Shown here one piece after another: positions 26,430-32,000 of a stretch of 32,000 nucleotides of DNA (position 1 is its first letter; every line of letters begins with the position of its first letter). A program made the position numbers and the translations under genes. The notes beneath the pieces were generated by a model. That model was not told where the DNA came from. It ran no database searches and was given only the letters and a program-made list of their open reading frames with translations. This DNA is from Methylophaga thiooxydans DMS010 (lineage in GTDB: Bacteria; Pseudomonadota; Gammaproteobacteria; Nitrosococcales; Methylophagaceae): positions 274,320-306,319 of the forward strand of contig NZ_GG657897.1 of the NCBI RefSeq assembly GCF_000156355.1. Direction: 5' to 3'.

Positions 26430-27326
26430 TTATGCCTTCATCAGAGCCTGTTTGGCCATGTCTATCAGGGCTTCTATGCTAGATAGTCGAGTAAAGTTGG
26501 GACGCACAATAAAAGCAAGCTGACGGTGCGGCCCCGGTTCTTGCAGGTGAACTACTGACAAGGAGTCATGCTGTGATGTCAGTTGTTCAATCGCCATGTC
26601 CGGAATAAGTGTGGTTCCCAGGTTTCCCAACACCATCTGAATAAGGGTATTTAAGCTTGTGGCGCTAAAACTCCTGCTGGTGTGTTGATCGGTCATTTTG
26701 CAGGCATCGAGAATATGATCTTTAAGGCAATGGCCTTCTTCGAGCAGCAGTAAATTGCAGTAGTTGAGTTCGTTGCTACTGATCTCCTGCTGATCAGTAT
26801 ATTGTTCACCTTTCGGTGCAATCCAGTAAAAGTCCTCTTCCCAGAAAGGCAAACTGAGCAGCCCTTTAAAGGGAAAGGGTAATGCTAATACAGCCGCATC
26901 AAGCTCACCGCTTCTGACTCGTTCAACCAACTGATGCGACTGGTTCTCGACGATATTGAGTCTGGCAAGAGGATACTTCTTATTTAGAACCGGTAATAAT
27001 TTTGGCAACAGATATGGGGCTATGGTCGGGATCATGCCGACATTAAGTGGATAACTGAAAGGCAGTTTCTGAATATCAGCGAAATGTTCTAAATCGTCTA
27101 CCTGTAAAATAATGGAGCGGGCCTGCAAAAGAACACGCTGACCAATAGGCGTCACTTGTACTTTTCGGTTATCTCTTTCAAATATTTTTAATCCCAGCTG
27201 TTTTTCCAATTCATTCAGTGCGGTACTCAATGCTGACTGACTGATATTGCAATTTTCTGCGGCGTGTTTGAAATGGAGTGTTTCTTCGACCGTCAAGGCA
27301 TAGCGGAGTTGTTTAATGGAAATCAT
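26430..27326 (-). CDS. oxyR: LysR-family hydrogen peroxide-sensing regulator OxyR
   Basis: 298 aa. N-terminal wHTH (FKHAAENCNISQSALSTALNELE). LLLEEGHCLKDHILDAC has two Cys spaced exactly as the redox pair C199/C208 of E. coli OxyR (LEDGHCLRDQAMGFC). Lies 100 bp upstream of katG on the same strand. Confidence 0.85.
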   Translation of the reverse strand: MISIKQLRYALTVEETLHFKHAAENCNISQSALSTALNELEKQLGLKIFERDNRKVQVTPIGQRVLLQARSIILQVDDLEHFADIQKLPFSYPLNVGMIPTIAPYLLPKLLPVLNKKYPLARLNIVENQSHQLVERVRSGELDAAVLALPFPFKGLLSLPFWEEDFYWIAPKGEQYTDQQEISSNELNYCNLLLLEEGHCLKDHILDACKMTDQHTSRSFSATSLNTLIQMVLGNLGTTLIPDMAIEQLTSQHDSLSVVHLQEPGPHRQLAFIVRPNFTRLSSIEALIDMAKQALMKA

Positions 27327-27488
27327 GCGTCCCTGCTTCTCAGTTAAAACCGGTTTATCTTATCGCAAATATTGAAGCATAAATGAAGGCCTTCCGATTA
27401 TTGACATCGTCGATGATGATCATTCAGCCTAAGAAAGGAAGCCTAAGCTACAATAGCTAGCTTTCCCTTCTTAAAATTGTGAGCATTA

Positions 27489-27827
27489 ATGAGCGATCTT
27501 CCTAACTGCCCCGCGTGTGGCTCTGAATATACCTATCAAGATCAGTCGATGTTAGTTTGTCCTGAGTGTGGTCATGAATGGCAGGCGGGCGAAGATAAGG
27601 TTGATACGAGCGAAGACAGGATATTGGATTCGAATGGTAATGTTCTAGAAGACGGTGATACGGTCACGGTGATTAAAGATTTGAAGGTAAAAGGGTCATC
27701 AGCGGTGGTCAAAGTGGGAACGAAAGTTAAAAACATCCGGCTGGTTGGCGGTGACCACGATATTGATTGCAAGATTGATGGTATTGGCGCGATGAAGTTG
27801 AAGTCAGAGTTTGTAAAAAAAGCATAA
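27489..27827 (+). CDS. yjdM: zinc-ribbon protein YjdM (PhnA family)
   Basis: 112 aa. [10 protein letters not shown]...CPECGHEW zinc ribbon. The C-terminal half [10 protein letters not shown]...[31 protein letters not shown] is almost identical to E. coli YjdM as I recall it. Confidence 0.9.
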   Translation: MSDLPNCPACGSEYTYQDQSMLVCPECGHEWQAGEDKVDTSEDRILDSNGNVLEDGDTVTVIKDLKVKGSSAVVKVGTKVKNIRLVGGDHDIDCKIDGIGAMKLKSEFVKKA

Positions 27828-27828
27828 T

Positions 27829-27867
27829 AAAAAGGGCAGCATAGGAATGCTATGCTGCCCTTGTTTA
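27829..27867. terminator. bidirectional terminator between yjdM and the SnoaL-like gene
   Basis: GGGCAGCATAG-gaatg-CTATGCTGCCC (27834-27860, 11-bp perfect stem), with AAAAA upstream and TTGTTT downstream. Confidence 0.75.
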
Positions 27868-27871
27868 TGTA

Positions 27872-28348
27872 TCACTGGATGCTGCCCAATTGTTTGAAAA
27901 GATTATACAAATCCAGTACATCCCAGTGTTCCGCTAACTTGCCATTTTCGACGCGAAAGATATCAACGGCATCGAACTTATAGCCGGCATGGCTGGCTGG
28001 AATGCCCAACCATTCATTAGTGTGGGTGCCTGAATAACTGCCATACACCCAGATGAAATCATCATTGCTAATAATATTTTTCAGCTCATAGTTGAAGTCA
28101 GGAATGGCGCTGAACCAATTATTAAAAAAGGTCTTAAAGCCTTCACTACCTTGCTCGACAAAGGGATTATGCTGAATATAATCATCGTGCATGTACACAC
28201 CGAGATTGCTCAGCTCTTTATTTACAAAAACTTGCTCAGCAAAGTTGCTCATCAAACTTAAATTCGACTTGTTGTCAGCCATAGTTGTGCCTCCAGATAC
28301 GACGAAAGTTGCCAAGATGGCAAGGGTTTGAAAAAAACGCTTTTTCAT
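27872..28348 (-). CDS. secreted SnoaL-like / NTF2-fold protein (predicted ester cyclase family)
   Basis: I place the start at ATG 28348, with GAGGAT upstream. This gives MKKRFFQTLAILATFVVSGGTTMA as a signal peptide. The core YIQHNPFVEQGSEGFKTFF...GTHTNEWLGIP...DIFRVENGKLAEHWDVLD is typical of SnoaL-like proteins. The longer ORF-track start at 28474 is unlikely. Confidence 0.72.
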   Translation of the reverse strand: MKKRFFQTLAILATFVVSGGTTMADNKSNLSLMSNFAEQVFVNKELSNLGVYMHDDYIQHNPFVEQGSEGFKTFFNNWFSAIPDFNYELKNIISNDDFIWVYGSYSGTHTNEWLGIPASHAGYKFDAVDIFRVENGKLAEHWDVLDLYNLFKQLGSIQ

Positions 28349-28421
28349 TGATTTATCCTCATGTGATTGAAATTTCCCGGGTGGACAAATACTATGGTTG
28401 ACAGTCTCTATTCGCAAGAAG

Positions 28422-28435
28422 GCACTTAAAAGTGC
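28422..28435. promoter_or_regulatory. candidate operator palindrome in the divergent SnoaL/HxlR intergenic region
   Basis: GCACTT-AA-AAGTGC, perfect 6-bp inverted arms. It lies 43 nt upstream of the HxlR-family gene start. Confidence 0.3.
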
Positions 28436-28477
28436 TGTAGTTACCAAAAAGAAACTAATAAACAAAGACAACAACTT

Positions 28478-28831
28478 ATGAGTCAGTGGGATATATATAA
28501 TAAAAATTGCCCAACGCGTTTAGTGTTGGATCGCATCGCAGATAAGTGGACGGTGCTGGTGGTGGGGGCACTGGCAACAGAGACAAAACGTTTTGGTCAG
28601 TTGCGACGAGAGCTGGATGGCGTTTCTCAGAAAATGCTGACTCAGACACTGAGAGGCCTGGAAAGAGACGGTATCGTCTACCGCAAAGTGTATGCGACAG
28701 TGCCACCCAAAGTGGAGTACTCACTAACTACATTAGGCTTAACGCTGGTGAATTTAGTCGAGACAGTCCGCTATTGGTCTGAGGGAAATATTGAGAAAGT
28801 GCTGATGGCACAAAAACGTTATGACGCTTAA
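28478..28831 (+). CDS. HxlR-family winged-helix transcriptional regulator
   Basis: 117 aa. CPTRLVLDRIADKWTVLVVGAL...RFGQLRREL.GVSQKMLTQTLRGLERDGIV.R.VY..VPPKVEYSLT.LG is the canonical HxlR/DUF24 pattern, including the N-terminal Cys. Confidence 0.88.
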   Translation: MSQWDIYNKNCPTRLVLDRIADKWTVLVVGALATETKRFGQLRRELDGVSQKMLTQTLRGLERDGIVYRKVYATVPPKVEYSLTTLGLTLVNLVETVRYWSEGNIEKVLMAQKRYDA

Positions 28832-28860
28832 AAGCATTAGTTTTCTACAGCTTTGTTAGT

Positions 28861-29718
28861 GTGATGTCGTTCACGCTGAAAGTCTTCGGATTGACTGGGT
28901 TAGCCATGTTAGCCTTTGCCGGTAATTCGGTATTGGGGCGTTTAGCATTGGAAAATGGGGCGATTGACCCCGCGAGTTTCAGCATCATCAGGCTGATGTC
29001 AGCTGCAGTGATGTTGTATTTCTTAATAGCAGTTAACAAGCCATCAAACGTTCGCTTGGCTTATGGTAGTTGGCGATCGGCGGTGATGCTATTTCTCTAT
29101 GTCGTCACTTTTTCCTATGCTTATGTTGGTTTAGATACTGGCACCGGTGCATTAATTTTATTTGGTTCGGTGCAAATAACCATGATTGGCTTCAATGTCT
29201 TTCAAGGCAATAAACTATCGTTGATAGAGCAAGTTGGTCTGCTACTCGCTTTTTCTGGTTTGCTGGTTTTATTACTTCCCGGCAGTACTCAGCCCAGCTT
29301 TTTAGGGTTTTTATTAATGCTTATTTCCGGCGTTGCTTGGGGTTTGTATAGCGTTTGGGGTAAAGGCTCATTACAACCCTTGGCAGATACCGCCGGTAAT
29401 TTTCTTAAAACTGTGCCAATGTGTGCCTTATTAAGCTTAGTGCTCTTGTCTCATTATGCGATTTCAGCAGAGGGTGTGTATCTTGCGCTCGCTTCAGGCG
29501 CACTGACTTCGGGAGTGGGCTATGCCATTTGGTATGCTGTTTTGCCGGCGTTATCGATTACCAAGGCAGCAGTGTCACAGTTGTCTGTGCCAATTATTGC
29601 GGCGTTGGGTGGCGTGATGTTTTCCGCTGAGCACGTTACAGTGCAACTATTTCTCGCATCACTGCTCACGCTTGGCGGTGTGTGTATTGTTATTCTGAAA
29701 AAGCATGATATTCAGTAA
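28861..29718 (+). CDS. EamA/DMT-family transporter
   Basis: 285 aa with about 10 TM segments in two EamA-like halves. The start could be GTG 28861 or ATG 28864. Confidence 0.82.
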   Translation: MMSFTLKVFGLTGLAMLAFAGNSVLGRLALENGAIDPASFSIIRLMSAAVMLYFLIAVNKPSNVRLAYGSWRSAVMLFLYVVTFSYAYVGLDTGTGALILFGSVQITMIGFNVFQGNKLSLIEQVGLLLAFSGLLVLLLPGSTQPSFLGFLLMLISGVAWGLYSVWGKGSLQPLADTAGNFLKTVPMCALLSLVLLSHYAISAEGVYLALASGALTSGVGYAIWYAVLPALSITKAAVSQLSVPIIAALGGVMFSAEHVTVQLFLASLLTLGGVCIVILKKHDIQ

Positions 29719-29741
29719 AGATTAAATGGGAAAGGAAAAAT

Positions 29742-30737
29742 ATGTATACCGATGAGGACCTTCAACAAGCGGTTGATAAAGAGATATTTTCACCTGCTTC
29801 CGTAGAAAAGTTCAGAGCCTATATTCATCAGCGTGACAACACGCATTATGCAGATGAAGAGGGCTTTAAGCTTATCACCAGCTTTAATGACATTTTTGTG
29901 GTGATTGCGTGCTTATTGCTGTTGTTATCTGCTGCTTGGGTAGTACAAGGGGTTAGTGTGCCGCTGGCTTTGGCGGTGGTCGCTACGTTGTCGTGGGGCT
30001 TAGCCGAATTTTTTGTACTCAGACGCAAGATGGCGTTGCCCGCTATTGTATTGCTCAATACCTTCGTTGGCAGCGTCTTTGCTGGCATGGTGTTATTAGT
30101 TGGTTTCCCAGATGAAAAGGCGTTTATGGTGGCGGGCTTTGTTGCCACGGTTGCTGCCTGGCTACATTGGCGACGTTTTCACGTGCCGATCACGGTCGCT
30201 GCCGGTGCGGCTACCGCGGTTGCCTTTATCTTAGCGTCTTTGGTGCTGACATTCCCCGGCTTGAAAGAATATTTGAACACGATGATGTTTTTGGGTGGTA
30301 TCGCCATGTTTATATTGGCAATGCGTTGGGATATAGCGGATCTGAGACGCGTTTCCGGTAAGTCGGATGTTGCGTTCTGGTTACATTTAGCGGCAGCACC
30401 GCTGATTGTACATCCGGTATTTTCTAACCTGGGCATCTTTGAAGGTAATCAGTCAGCACTAGATTTAGCGTTGGTGTTGGGGCTGTATCTGATGCTGACC
30501 GTGGTATCGCTGATTATTGATCGTCGTGCCTTTATGGTGTCGTCATTAATTTATGTGCTGGTGGCGTTAACGGAGTTATTGGATACCTATGGTTTGGTCG
30601 GCGATAGTTTTGCTTATGTCGGTGTGGTGATTGGTTTTTCATTATTGCTTCTATCAGGCTTTTGGCATAAATCTCGTCGTATCTTAACTGCTCAATTACC
30701 TGCCTCGTGGCAGTCACGCGTGCCGCTTGTGAGTTAA
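29742..30737 (+). CDS. polytopic membrane protein of unknown function
   Basis: 331 aa. A roughly 45-aa soluble N-terminus is followed by about 9 hydrophobic segments. Preceded by GGAAAGGAAAAA. No family recognised. Confidence 0.6.
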   Translation: MYTDEDLQQAVDKEIFSPASVEKFRAYIHQRDNTHYADEEGFKLITSFNDIFVVIACLLLLLSAAWVVQGVSVPLALAVVATLSWGLAEFFVLRRKMALPAIVLLNTFVGSVFAGMVLLVGFPDEKAFMVAGFVATVAAWLHWRRFHVPITVAAGAATAVAFILASLVLTFPGLKEYLNTMMFLGGIAMFILAMRWDIADLRRVSGKSDVAFWLHLAAAPLIVHPVFSNLGIFEGNQSALDLALVLGLYLMLTVVSLIIDRRAFMVSSLIYVLVALTELLDTYGLVGDSFAYVGVVIGFSLLLLSGFWHKSRRILTAQLPASWQSRVPLVS

Positions 30738-30791
30738 ATCGGCGAAAATGCGGTAAGCTTGTATTAGGCTTTCATCAACCTGGCGGGGGCG

Positions 30792-31421
30792 ATGGTGAAA
30801 CAGGTTCTGGCTGATGTCTGGGAAACGCGAGTAGAAAGTCCTTTTCCGGGGCTAACGACACATGCTTATTTGCTGACCCGTGATATGGGCAATGTGCTGT
30901 TTTATAACACCAGCCAGCAAGCCGATATTGAGCATATGTTAGCGCTTGGTGGTGTGCGTTATCAGTTCCTTAGTCACCGTGATGAGCTGGGTGAATCGGT
31001 CAAGCAAATCCGGACACAGTTCGATGCTCAGCTTGGTGGCCACCTCAATGAGCAAGCCGAATTTGCTGAAGTCTGTACACCTGACATTGTGTTCTTCAAA
31101 CGTCAGAAACTACTGGAAAATGTGGAGGTGATCCCGACACCGGGACACACCCCCGGCAGTTGCTGTTTTCTGGTTCACTCCGAGCATAATAGAACTTATC
31201 TCTTTACTGGCGATACCTTGTATCTCACCGATGATGGTTGGCAACCGGGCATGCTGTCATTCAGTGACCGTGATGCTTTGCTGGAGAGTTTAAAGCTATT
31301 GCAGACATTACAGCCAGACGTGGTGTTTTCCAGTGCGTTCTCGGGTTTTTCCGGCTATCGCAAAGTATCGGGTCATTGGTCTGACGAGGTGCAACAAGCG
31401 ATTAATGCGCTTAAGGATTAA
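30792..31421 (+). CDS. MBL-fold (metallo-beta-lactamase superfamily) protein with a non-canonical metal motif
   Basis: 209 aa. IPTPGHTPGS and FTGDTLY blocks are typical of the MBL fold. The position of the HxHxDH motif reads LSHRDE. Confidence 0.7.
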   Translation: MVKQVLADVWETRVESPFPGLTTHAYLLTRDMGNVLFYNTSQQADIEHMLALGGVRYQFLSHRDELGESVKQIRTQFDAQLGGHLNEQAEFAEVCTPDIVFFKRQKLLENVEVIPTPGHTPGSCCFLVHSEHNRTYLFTGDTLYLTDDGWQPGMLSFSDRDALLESLKLLQTLQPDVVFSSAFSGFSGYRKVSGHWSDEVQQAINALKD

Positions 31422-31481
31422 GCTATTTTTCATCAAATGATTCCATAGTTAGTCACAGACAACCTGTTAAGGAGGCGGCTT

Positions 31482-31868
31482 ATGGAGATTCAACGACATG
31501 GTCTATCAGTAGGCATAGATCGAATTGAAGATAAGTTTTTTATCACTTTTAGGATCGTCGGAAAGCTGACTCATGATGATTATGCGGCGATCACACCGAT
31601 GATTGCTGCCGCATTAAGCTCAGTCGAGGATCCTAAGGCCAATGTGTTGATTGATGCCACTGAGTTTGAAGGCTGGGAGTTACGTGCAGCGTGGGACGAC
31701 TTTAAGTTAGGTTTGAAGCACGGCTCTGAATTTTACAAAATCGCTATTGTCGGTGATAAACGCTGGCAGCAATGGGCAGCCAAGATCGGAAGCTGGTTTA
31801 TTTCGGGGGAGGCTAAGCATTTTGACAACCTTGCTGATGCGCTTAGTTGGCTCAACGACGAAAAATGA
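31482..31868 (+). CDS. STAS/SpoIIAA-like domain protein (DUF3478-type)
   Basis: 128 aa, preceded by AAGGAGG. The pattern ...VGKLTHDDY....P........E.....VLID...FEGWELRAAWDDFKLGLKHG..F.KIAIVGDKRWQQW matches this small family as I recall it. Confidence 0.7.
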   Translation: MEIQRHGLSVGIDRIEDKFFITFRIVGKLTHDDYAAITPMIAAALSSVEDPKANVLIDATEFEGWELRAAWDDFKLGLKHGSEFYKIAIVGDKRWQQWAAKIGSWFISGEAKHFDNLADALSWLNDEK

Positions 31869-32000
31869 AACCCGGTATTAAGCTTGTGGATGAAACTCTG
31901 GGCGACGGTAACAATGTTCAGCGTCAGCATATATATTTGATGCGCATAAAGATGTGGCTGAATCAAGGACAAGCGATACGTTGGACGCAGCCATGGGGCA
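31865..32000 (+). CDS. partial ORF (3' end outside the window), weakly FKBP-like N-terminus
   Basis: ATG 31865 overlaps the preceding stop (ATGA). Translation: MKPGIKLVDETLGDGNNVQRQHIYLMRIKMWLNQGQAIRWTQPWG. The I.L.DE..G.G......... pattern resembles the first strands of small FKBP-type isomerases, but the fragment is short. Confidence 0.35.
   Translation, partial: MKPGIKLVDETLGDGNNVQRQHIYLMRIKMWLNQGQAIRWTQPWG

Overview
This window reads as a core chromosomal segment of a moderate-GC gammaproteobacterium; the species cannot be named from sequence alone. It is mostly housekeeping genes in conserved order.

Gene order, left to right:
- gltB (3' part)-gltD, then hemE.
- A convergent nitrogen-uptake unit on the minus strand: TorF-type porin, glnK, amtB.
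- lgt and dgkA, which overlap convergently.
- The origin-proximal block mnmG(gidA)-rsmG(gidB)-parA-parB-atpIBEFHAGDC-glmU.
- After glmU the conserved order breaks (about 20.64-22.25 kb). This stretch holds a strongly AT-rich orphan ORF (308 aa, no family I recognise), two copies of a ~72-nt multi-hairpin repeat, and a ~260-bp GC-rich, hairpin-dense noncoding island.
- A small membrane protein plus a sodium:solute symporter.
- A signal-peptide-bearing katG preceded by oxyR, then yjdM/phnA.
- A small accessory cluster: secreted SnoaL-like protein, HxlR regulator, EamA exporter, an unknown membrane protein, an MBL-fold protein, a STAS-like protein and a partial FKBP-like ORF.

I see no rRNA, tRNA, CRISPR array, transposase or integrase, and no recognisable multi-gene defence system.

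The most unusual material is the 1.6-kb mosaic after glmU. Its interpretation as a mobile or defence-related orphan gene, a structured repeat family, or a candidate structured RNA is inference and needs database and folding checks. A sigma-54 promoter with tandem NtrC-like sites upstream of porin-glnK-amtB is also directly visible.
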